Below are positions 1-6,985 of a DNA stretch of 26,379 nt, in pieces. Source of the DNA: Tubiluchus corallicola (lineage: Eukaryota > Animalia > Priapulida). The first letter of the stretch is position 1, and every line of letters begins with the position of its first letter. Location of the stretch: the NCBI GenBank assembly GCA_030141605.1, contig JAQGDQ010002467.1, positions 1 to 26,379 on the forward strand, written 5' to 3'. The notes under the pieces are model-generated. The model was not told where the DNA came from and searched no databases. It was given only the letters and a program-made list of their open reading frames with translations. The translations under genes were made by a program, and so were the position numbers.

Positions 1-1137
1 AATGTAAAAAAAGAGGTAAAACAATCGCACAAAAAAGGAATGGCAGCTCCTGACCCCGACCCTGCATCTATTTACGACTTTGTAACACCAGAACCTTACG
101 AGCCAGTAAAATACAAAGATGGACTGCACAACGAAAACAGTGAGCCTAAAAAACTAATAGAAGCTTTGAACGGAACATTGAAAGAAGAGTTCCAACACAA
201 CCCTGATACATTTACTTGGGGACAAGATATGGCAAATAAAGGGAAAGGTGGAATATTCAATGTCTCGAAAGGCTTACAACAAATGTATGGCGAGAAAAGA
301 GTGTTCAATGGTCCCATTGCAGAAGACTTTATAATGGGTACAGCAAATGGAATGAGCCGCTTCGACGAGAAAATTAGAATTGTTATAGAAGGTGCAGAGT
401 TTGCCGATTATCTTTGGCCTGCAATGGAACAATATGTAGATAGCTCTCACGACTATTGGCGTTCCAAGGGGCAGTTTGTTCCTAACGTAACCATCCGTCT
501 TGCATCAGGAGGATACATAGGAGGTGGCTTGTACCACTCGCAGAACATAGAAGGTGCTTTGACCTCGTTGCCGGGTGTAAGAATAGTATATCCTTCGTTT
601 GCCGACGATGCAGCAGGTTTACTACGTTCAAGTATGCGTTCACAAGGGATGACCCTATTCCTTGAGCCCAAGGCTCTTTACAACGCTCCCAAAGCAGCAA
701 CCCCCATACCCGAAGAATTTGAAGTACCTTTCGGAAAAGCAAGAACAAGAAGAGAAGGAACTGACCTCACACTTATTACCTATGGCAATACAACACATTT
801 TAGTTTAGAGGCCGCTGAAAAAATACAAAAAGAAATAGGAAAGTCAGTAGAAGTAATAGACCTACGTTCATTAATACCTTTGGACAAGGAGGCTATCATC
901 AACTCTGTAAAGAAAACAAATAGATTGCTCATTGTTCACGAAGATAAAGTGCATTCGGGCTTTGGAGCTGAAATAGCTGCACAGGTTGCTGACGACGCTT
1001 TCGAGCATTTGGATGCTCCTATAAAGAGAGTAGGTTCGCCCTTTACTCCTGTTGGATTCAATAGAATATTGGAAGCAGCCATATTACCCAGTGCAGAGAA
1101 AATTGCTGCTGCTATAAAAGAAATTTTAAATTACTAA
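1..1137 (+). CDS. 2-oxoacid (probably branched-chain/2-oxoisovalerate) dehydrogenase E1, fused alpha/beta form; 5'-truncated by the window edge
   Basis: Frame 1 is open from base 1 (NVKKEVKQSHKKG-MAAPDP...), so the Met at 40 is internal. E1-beta/transketolase-like motifs are present: GQD...GGIFNV, FNGPIAEDFIMG, GGGLYHSQ, FLEPKALY, EVIDLRSLIPLD, VHED, LDAPIKRV. Confidence 0.9.
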   Translation, partial: NVKKEVKQSHKKGMAAPDPDPASIYDFVTPEPYEPVKYKDGLHNENSEPKKLIEALNGTLKEEFQHNPDTFTWGQDMANKGKGGIFNVSKGLQQMYGEKRVFNGPIAEDFIMGTANGMSRFDEKIRIVIEGAEFADYLWPAMEQYVDSSHDYWRSKGQFVPNVTIRLASGGYIGGGLYHSQNIEGALTSLPGVRIVYPSFADDAAGLLRSSMRSQGMTLFLEPKALYNAPKAATPIPEEFEVPFGKARTRREGTDLTLITYGNTTHFSLEAAEKIQKEIGKSVEVIDLRSLIPLDKEAIINSVKKTNRLLIVHEDKVHSGFGAEIAAQVADDAFEHLDAPIKRVGSPFTPVGFNRILEAAILPSAEKIAAAIKEILNY

Positions 1138-1149
1138 AAAAACTATCCA

Positions 1150-1677
1150 ATGAAGAAACTAGGAATATTTTATAGTTTTGAGGCTAAAAATACAGGTAAA
1201 ATAGTAGAGATTATAGAAAAAAAAGCCTCTAAAATACTTGGGATAAAAGAAATTGATAAAATAAATGTAGAAGAGGTGGATATAGAGCAGATGAGACTAA
1301 CAGATTACGAATATGCAATATGCGGTGTGCCTACGTGGTTCGATGGTGAGCTGCCTGTATACTGGGACGAGTTGATGCCTGCCATAGAAGACCTTGATAT
1401 GAATGGTAAAAAAGTGGCTATTTTTGGTGCAGGCGACCAAGTGGGATACCCCGAAAATTTTGTAGATGCAATAGGACTATTAGGCGAGGCTTTTGAAAAG
1501 AAAGGAGCTACACTGGTAGGCTTTACTTCTACGGAAGGTTATACTTATGAAAAATCAGCAGCACAACGAGGCGACCAATTTATGGGCTTGGCTTTGGATG
1601 TAGAAAACCAAAACGACCAAACAAAAAAAAGAATAGAAAACTGGTTGAAACAGTTGAAGAGCGAGTTTGGTATATAA
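1150..1677 (+). CDS. fldA: Long-chain flavodoxin
   Basis: GIFYS...NT, GVPTWFDGELP, KKVAIFGAGDQVGYPENFVDAIG and F.GLALD.ENQ motifs; starts 12 nt after the E1 stop. Confidence 0.9.
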   Translation: MKKLGIFYSFEAKNTGKIVEIIEKKASKILGIKEIDKINVEEVDIEQMRLTDYEYAICGVPTWFDGELPVYWDELMPAIEDLDMNGKKVAIFGAGDQVGYPENFVDAIGLLGEAFEKKGATLVGFTSTEGYTYEKSAAQRGDQFMGLALDVENQNDQTKKRIENWLKQLKSEFGI

Positions 1678-1698
1678 AAAACAACAACATTATTTTTG
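1666..1698 (+). promoter_or_regulatory. Bacteroidota housekeeping promoter (-33/-7) for the TM2-like gene
   Basis: TTTG at 1666-1669, 21-nt spacer, TAttTTTG at 1691-1698; supports a start at ATG 1742 rather than 1667. Confidence 0.65.
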
Positions 1699-1705
1699 CG
1701 AATCA

Positions 1706-1739
1706 TTAAACATTTTACAAATCTTTAAACATTTTACAA
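1706..1739 (+). repeat. 15-bp direct repeat in the 5' UTR
   Basis: TTAAACATTTTACAA occurs at 1706-1720 and 1725-1739. Confidence 0.85.
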
Positions 1740-1741
1740 TT

Positions 1742-1996
1742 ATGAGTGAAAAAGCAGAAAAAATATTAATGGCACAACAAGAAACGGTTTCTCCGTCTTC
1801 AATATGGATTTTATTTCTATTTTTGGGCTGGAGCTATGGTTCTTTAGGGAAAATGTCGACACAAATTTTATTTTACGTCACATTCGGTGGATTCGGGGTT
1901 TGGACTTTAATTAGGCTTTTTACATTAAGTGGTGCTATTAGAAGCTATAATAATGCTATCTATCTAAGATATGACTTAAAAGAAATGATTAGATAG
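1742..1996 (+). CDS. Small TM2-domain-like membrane protein (84 aa)
   Basis: WILFLFLGWSYGSLGK...ILFYVTFGGFGVWTLIRLFTL resembles the TM2 pattern (LFLG...LG....ILY..T.GG.G.W..ID). Start placed at in-frame ATG 1742, downstream of the promoter. Confidence 0.7.
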   Translation: MSEKAEKILMAQQETVSPSSIWILFLFLGWSYGSLGKMSTQILFYVTFGGFGVWTLIRLFTLSGAIRSYNNAIYLRYDLKEMIR

Positions 1997-2016
1997 ATCT
2001 AATCATTTCTTTTAAG
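1975..2016 (+). terminator. Perfect 20-bp inverted repeat overlapping the stop codon; probable terminator hairpin
   Basis: CTTAAAAGAAATGATTAGAT (1975-1994), AG, then its exact reverse complement ATCTAATCATTTCTTTTAAG (1997-2016). Confidence 0.65.
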
Positions 2017-2120
2017 ATAATTATGCTGTTTTATAAATTACTAGTAGTCTTTATAGTTAAGTATTTTTTTATTCTCAATTTTCAACAAGGAAAAGAGAAA
2101 TACAGTATTTACTGTTTTAA

Positions 2121-2546
2121 ATGAAAAGATTAGTATCTCTATTTTTTTGTTACATTGAGTATAATTTTTGTTAGCTCTTGTGGCACAAATACATCTACAC
2201 AAAAAGAAATTAACGTAGAAGTAAGAAAATCTGTGGAGTTATTAATGGTCATATATGGGTCTTCCTCTTATAGATGATTTTAAGTCTTTGACCCTATTGA
2301 AGAAGCTATGAAATCACAAGGATATACATTGGCAAAATAGTTTTACAGAACATTGTGTTCGTGCGGGAGAAATACGAATAGCAAAAAGATTAGAACTTAA
2401 AAAAGCGATATATAGAAGAAAAGAAATTTATCTATATTCCTACATTGTTGGAAGTATATAAGGAGTGTGAAAAAAATCCTGAATGTAAAACATTTGAAGA
2501 TTTTATGCCTTATATTTTAGATGCTTTTGCAAAAATACAGATATAA
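2121..2546 (+). pseudogene. Decayed lipoprotein gene, DUF4932-like, with frameshifts and a probable large internal deletion
   Basis: Stitching frames gives MKRLVSLFF/VTLSIIFVSSCGTNTSTQKEINVEVRKSVELLMVIY..., then FDPIEEAMKSQGYT/WQNSFTEHCVRAGEIRIAKRL.../YIEEKKFIYIPTLLEVYKECEKNPECKTFEDFMPYILDAFAKIQI*. There is a lipobox VSS-C. The VELL, EH.VRA, FIY and KTFEDFMP motifs recall DUF4932 proteins. Confidence 0.65.
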
Positions 2547-2555
2547 AACAAACAA

Positions 2556-3326
2556 ATGCAAAAACTCACCATAGTAAAAGTAGGAGGCAAGGTTGTAGAA
2601 AACCCCAATAGTTTAGATACATTTCTCAATAGCTTTACCCAAATAGAAGGACATAAAGCATTAGCTCACGGAGGTGGTAAAGTAGCTACTGAAATAGCCG
2701 CAAAATTGGGGGTGGAAACGAAGATGGTGGAAGGAAGAAGAATAACCAACAAACAGACCTTGGATGTAGTTACAATGGTGTATGGAGGTTTGGTAAACAA
2801 AAATATTGTAGCTTGGTTGCAGGCTTTGGGCTGTAATGCCTTGGGGCTTACAGGGGCCGACTTGAATGTAATACAATCGGTAAAACGTCCTGCAAAAGAT
2901 ATAGACTATGGTTATGTAGGAGATATAGAAAAGGTAGATGTTAATATCCTACAAGGGCTTGTCAATCAACAAGTAGTTCCAGTAATAGCACCCCTTACTC
3001 ACGACAAGCAAGGCAACTTGCTCAATACCAATGCCGATACTATAGCTGCTACCCTTGCTCAAACACTTTCTAAACATTACGAAGTACAGCTTATATATTG
3101 CTTTGAAAAGAACGGTGTATTGCTAAATGAAAACGATGATACAAGTGTAATAAAAAAACTTACCTATAGCAAATACCAAGAATACAAAGAAAAAGAAATT
3201 ATCAACAGAGGAATGATACCTAAGTTAGACAACGCTTTTGCTACCTTACAAACGGGCGTAAAAATGATAAAAATAACACACTACAATCATTTAGATAAGA
3301 CTGAAATGGGGACAAGCCTTGTTTAA
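2556..3326 (+). CDS. argB: Acetylglutamate kinase
   Basis: IVKVGG, HGGGK, MVEGRRIT, VTMVYGGLVNK, DYGYVGD, LLNTNADTIA and GMIPKLDNA motifs. Confidence 0.93.
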   Translation: MQKLTIVKVGGKVVENPNSLDTFLNSFTQIEGHKALAHGGGKVATEIAAKLGVETKMVEGRRITNKQTLDVVTMVYGGLVNKNIVAWLQALGCNALGLTGADLNVIQSVKRPAKDIDYGYVGDIEKVDVNILQGLVNQQVVPVIAPLTHDKQGNLLNTNADTIAATLAQTLSKHYEVQLIYCFEKNGVLLNENDDTSVIKKLTYSKYQEYKEKEIINRGMIPKLDNAFATLQTGVKMIKITHYNHLDKTEMGTSLV

Positions 3327-3632
3327 TAGTTTTTTATTCGTTTTTTGAAACTTGTTTTCCATATGTCTTATTTTTTATTTTTCCAAAAAAACGAATAATT
3401 CTTAATATCCAATTTACACTTACAAGACTCTACATTCGACAGGAGGTAGCAACTTGTATTTCTAAACTTCACTTTTCTTATATAAACTTAAAAAAGATAT
3501 AGCTGCTTATAAGTTAAAAGATGGCAATTATACATTTGTTTAGCCCAACTTTCTTAGCTTATGATTTGAGTTGTAAGTTAAAAATAAAAACAAGAATTTC
3601 AAGTCTTATCTTTAAAAAAATCATTAATTAAA

Positions 3633-3664
3633 TTTGGGATACACTATTTTTAATACTATCTTTA
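3633..3664 (+). promoter_or_regulatory. Probable promoter of the LRR lipoprotein gene
   Basis: TTTG 3633-3636, 20-nt spacer, TAtcTTTA 3657-3664 (one mismatch to TAnnTTTG). Confidence 0.4.
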
Positions 3665-3727
3665 AGTACATAGGTTCGAGACTTATAATATAAATTAAGT
3701 CTTTTTTTAAACTAAAATTTATTTGCT

Positions 3728-5233
3728 ATGAAAAATTTATTTCTGTTTCTAAAAGATGTAAGCATACCTATAATTCTGATAGCTATGCTATTTGCTGCTT
3801 GTTCTAAGGACATAGAAAAACCAGAGCAAGAAAATATAAACCCAGTATTGAAAAGCAACAAAAGTCTTTTTTGGGTGCCAGATGATAATTTTAGAGCCTA
3901 TCTAAAACAGATAGTTCCCAATGCTTTTACATCCAACGATAGCCTAATAACTAACCATGAAGATATACTAGCTATTCAAAAGATAAGAGTAAGTTCTTGC
4001 AATATTTCTTCTTTGGCGGGTATTGAGTTTTTTACAGCCTTAGAAGAACTGTGTTGCGATAAAAATCAACTCACAAGTTTGGATATGAGTAAGAATATAG
4101 CTTTAGAGGAGCTGAATTGTCATAGCAATAGACTCACAAGTTTGGATGTGAGTAAGAATACAGCTTTGGAAGATCTGTCTTGCTATGAAAATAATCTCAC
4201 GAGTTTGGATGTGAGTAAGAATACTTTTTTAGAACGCCTTCGCGTAGATCAGGCTATAAAATGTGAAACTTCTATTGTAATTATCGACCCTACTTATAGT
4301 TATTATTGGGATGGAAGTAAGTTTACTCGCTATTACCCTGCTAAGGACTGTCCTACACCTAATCTTTTCTGGGTGCCAGATGATAATTTTAGGGCTGAAC
4401 TAAAAAAGATAGTCCCCAATGCTTTCACTCCCACAAGTAGCTTGATAACAGACCACCCAGATGTGTTGGCTGTTACTTATATAAGTGTGTTCCATAAAGG
4501 TATCATTTCCTTAGATGGTATACAGTTCTTTACAGCTTTAACTGAGTTAGTTTGTAATCAAAACAATCTCACAAGTTTGGATGTGAGTAAAAATACGGCT
4601 TTAGAGTATTTGCATTTCGATGACAACAAACTCACGAGTTTGAATGTGAGTAAAAATACGGCTTTAGAGTATTTGAGTTTCACTGACAACCAACTCACAA
4701 GTTTGGATGTGAGTAAGAATACGGCTTTAGAGTCTTTGGTTTGCTATCGCAACAATCTCACAAGTTTGGATGTGAGTAAGAATACAGCTTTAACTAAGTT
4801 GCATTGCTTTAAGAACAAACTCACAAGTTTGAATGTGAGTAAGAATACGGCTTTAAAGTATTTGAGTTGCTATAACAATAATCTCACAAGTTTGGATGTG
4901 AGTAAGAATACGGCTTTAGAGCATTTGGATTGCTCTGGCAGCAATCTCACAAGTTTGGATGTGAGTAAGAATACGGCTTTAAAGTCTTTGAGTTGCTATG
5001 AAAACAAACTCACAAGTTTGGATGTGAGTAAGAATACCGCTTTTACTTGGTTGAGTTGCTATAACAATAATCTCACAAGTTTGGATGTGAGTAAGAATAC
5101 GGCTTTAAAGAATTTGTATGTAGATGAAGCTATAAAATGCGATCCTTCTATTGTGAGAGTGAACCCAGTTACTTGTAAATATTGGGATGGACAGTATCTT
5201 AATGCCTATTACCCTGCTAACGATTGTCCTTAG
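3728..5233 (+). CDS. Leucine-rich-repeat surface lipoprotein with 21-aa LxxLxCxxNxLTSLDVSKNTA (IRREKO-type) repeats in two capped modules
   Basis: Signal peptide II ending LFAA-C25, followed by acidic SKDIEKPEQE. Two copies of the N-cap LFWVPDDNFRAxLK and two copies of the C-cap VDxAIKC...YWDG...YYPAxDCP enclose the LRR arrays. Confidence 0.9.
   Translation: MKNLFLFLKDVSIPIILIAMLFAACSKDIEKPEQENINPVLKSNKSLFWVPDDNFRAYLKQIVPNAFTSNDSLITNHEDILAIQKIRVSSCNISSLAGIEFFTALEELCCDKNQLTSLDMSKNIALEELNCHSNRLTSLDVSKNTALEDLSCYENNLTSLDVSKNTFLERLRVDQAIKCETSIVIIDPTYSYYWDGSKFTRYYPAKDCPTPNLFWVPDDNFRAELKKIVPNAFTPTSSLITDHPDVLAVTYISVFHKGIISLDGIQFFTALTELVCNQNNLTSLDVSKNTALEYLHFDDNKLTSLNVSKNTALEYLSFTDNQLTSLDVSKNTALESLVCYRNNLTSLDVSKNTALTKLHCFKNKLTSLNVSKNTALKYLSCYNNNLTSLDVSKNTALEHLDCSGSNLTSLDVSKNTALKSLSCYENKLTSLDVSKNTAFTWLSCYNNNLTSLDVSKNTALKNLYVDEAIKCDPSIVRVNPVTCKYWDGQYLNAYYPANDCP
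4070..4231 (+). repeat. 63-bp coding tandem repeat, array 1 (3 scaffold copies)
   Basis: Core CTCACAAGTTTGGATGTGAGTAAGAATAC.GCTTTA begins at 4070, 4133 and 4196. Confidence 0.92.
4568..5107 (+). repeat. 63-bp coding tandem repeat, array 2 (9 scaffold copies)
   Basis: The same core begins at 4568, 4631, 4694, 4757, 4820, 4883, 4946, 5009 and 5072 (exact period 63). Confidence 0.95.
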
Positions 5234-5249
5234 TAAGAGAAAAGATAAG

Positions 5250-5300
5250 AACTAAAAAAGTCGTGTTGCTTTGTGTGTCGCGGCTTTTTTTAGTTTTTTT
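5250..5300 (+). terminator. Rho-independent terminator after the LRR gene
   Basis: AACTAAAAAAGTCGTG...CGCGGCTTTTTTTAGTT stem (with G-U pairs) running into T tracts. Confidence 0.75.
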
Positions 5301-5639
5301 CTAAACCAAAATATTTTTTTATATTAAAAAATGGGGAAGACTGTACCTCGTTAGGCAATTGCAATTAAAAATACAAAAAATATACATTTTATTACAAAAA
5401 CCCTGTCCTTTTACAATCTGTTTTAGCCTACTATTTTTGTATAAAAAAACAATGAACAGAAAAAAAACAAATACCTTGATTGCTATGACAGACAATCACC
5501 GAAATTGTTATTAAAGGATAATAGCTTCAATGCTAAATCTATAATTCTACACCTTACATCTTTATCTTAGATTAAACTAACTTTAAAAAAGACTATTCTA
5601 AGGAAAAAGAGATGCAGCTTTAAAAAAATTTGGAAAAAA

Positions 5640-5671
5640 TTTGGAAGTAGAACAATTTGGTTGTACTTTTG
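5640..5671 (+). promoter_or_regulatory. Promoter of the PUL (-33/-7)
   Basis: TTTG 5640-5643, 20-nt spacer, TActTTTG 5664-5671; exact consensus match. Confidence 0.7.
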
Positions 5672-5812
5672 AACTTTTTCACAAAAAATATTATTTTAAA
5701 AAACCAACCTTATTTTTTGAAATAAACCTTTGTCTTACAGTTAAACATAAAGTTAGAATGTCTTTCAATTAAAATTACATTTATAATAGCTACCAAAGCT
5801 TATTGTAGTTCT

Positions 5813-6940
5813 ATGGCACTTATATTTTTATATTTTTATAAAGCAATTAAAACTAAATATTTTCAAGTAAGAAACTTATTTAGTTTTTATAGAATGACAT
5901 TGTTTTTTATTTTGCTCAGCCTTGGCTTATCTGCAAAGAAAAAAACTTCTGCTCAATCCTTACCTTTGCACTATATTTGTTATAAAACAGATTCTGATAT
6001 TTATATAGATGGAGATATAACGGACGATGAGTGGGGAAAAGCAGTTTGGACAGAATATTTTGTGGATATTGAAGGTGATAAGAAAGAACGTCCCTATTAT
6101 AATACTCGTGTCAAGATGTTGTGGGACAGTACTTACCTATACATAGCTGCAGAACTGGAAGAGGAGCATATTTGGGCTAAATTAAAGCAAAGAGACACAG
6201 TAATATTTTATGATAATGATTTTGAGGTGTTTATAGATCCTCGTGGAGACAATCATTTGTACTATGAATTAGAGGTCAATGCCTTAAATACAGTTTGGGA
6301 TTTACTATTGGTAAAACCTTATAGAGATGGAGGTCCTCCTATTAATTCCTGGGATATAAATGGATTGAAAACAGCAGTAAAAATATATGGAACACTTAAC
6401 GACCCTGCTGATATAGATGAAAAGTGGACTTTAGAAATAGCAATACCTTGGGAAGTATTGATAGAATGTGCTTATGAGAATAGAATACCTAAGGATGGAG
6501 AAAAATGGAGAATCAATTTTTCAAGAGTACAATGGGATGTTGACATTGTTAATGGAAAATATGTAAAACAAACAGACCCCAGAACAAACAAGCCTTTGCC
6601 TGAGCGTAATTGGGTATGGTCGCCTCAACACGTAATAAATATGCACAGACCGGAAGAATGGGGGTATTTGCAATTTTCTGAAAAGAATGTGAGTAATCAA
6701 AGTGCAGAATATATCCCAGACAAACATCATAAGATAAAAACAGCATTAATGGACGTTTACTGGGAACAGAAAGAATATTTTAATAAACACGGAAAATATA
6801 ATCAAAATATAACCACACCTAAGCAATGGAAAAACAACTTTTTCTTTGAATCTACTAGTAAGCAATTTATTGCATACATAAAAACTCCAGAAGGAAAAAT
6901 ATGGTTTATAAACCACGAAAGTAAAATATGGATGGAATAA
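5813..6940 (+). CDS. Carbohydrate-binding family 9-like (CBM9/DOMON-like) secreted protein; true start may be ATG 5894
   Basis: I.IDG....EW, FVDIEG, TRVKMLWD..YLYIAAELEE, DNDFEVFIDP, YYELEVNALNTVWDL, WT.EIAIPW, WRINFSRVQW and NWVWSPQ..INMH.PE.WG motifs; hydrophobic N-terminal stretch. Confidence 0.82.
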   Translation: MALIFLYFYKAIKTKYFQVRNLFSFYRMTLFFILLSLGLSAKKKTSAQSLPLHYICYKTDSDIYIDGDITDDEWGKAVWTEYFVDIEGDKKERPYYNTRVKMLWDSTYLYIAAELEEEHIWAKLKQRDTVIFYDNDFEVFIDPRGDNHLYYELEVNALNTVWDLLLVKPYRDGGPPINSWDINGLKTAVKIYGTLNDPADIDEKWTLEIAIPWEVLIECAYENRIPKDGEKWRINFSRVQWDVDIVNGKYVKQTDPRTNKPLPERNWVWSPQHVINMHRPEEWGYLQFSEKNVSNQSAEYIPDKHHKIKTALMDVYWEQKEYFNKHGKYNQNITTPKQWKNNFFFESTSKQFIAYIKTPEGKIWFINHESKIWME

Positions 6941-6985
6941 AAATGAAGAAAAGTTTTTTATTAATAATTTAATATACATTAATCT

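Noticed and set aside
1667-1741. Longer N-terminus for the TM2-like ORF as given in the ORF track
   Set aside because: It overlaps the flavodoxin stop and a consensus promoter; ATG 1742 is more plausible.
2102-2115. ACAGTA-TT-TACTGT inverted repeat as a LexA-type box
   Set aside because: Orientation and spacing do not match CTGT-N8-ACAG, and the arms are too short to be significant.
3400-3545. Possible gene remnant (…LYKLKKDIAAYKLKDGNYTFV*) upstream of the LRR gene
   Set aside because: Short, with no start codon or recognisable motif; indistinguishable from chance in AT-rich DNA.
4568-5107. CRISPR-like pattern: about 36-bp conserved repeats with about 27-bp variable spacers
   Set aside because: The period is exactly 63 bp (21 codons), it is in frame within an LRR ORF, the 'spacers' are homologous to each other (xxLxCxxNx), and no cas genes or leader are present.
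5300-5640. Possible small ORF or regulator remnant upstream of the PUL (MNRKKTNTLIAMTDNHRNCY*)
   Set aside because: 20 codons, no recognisable family, and no consistent frame continuation.
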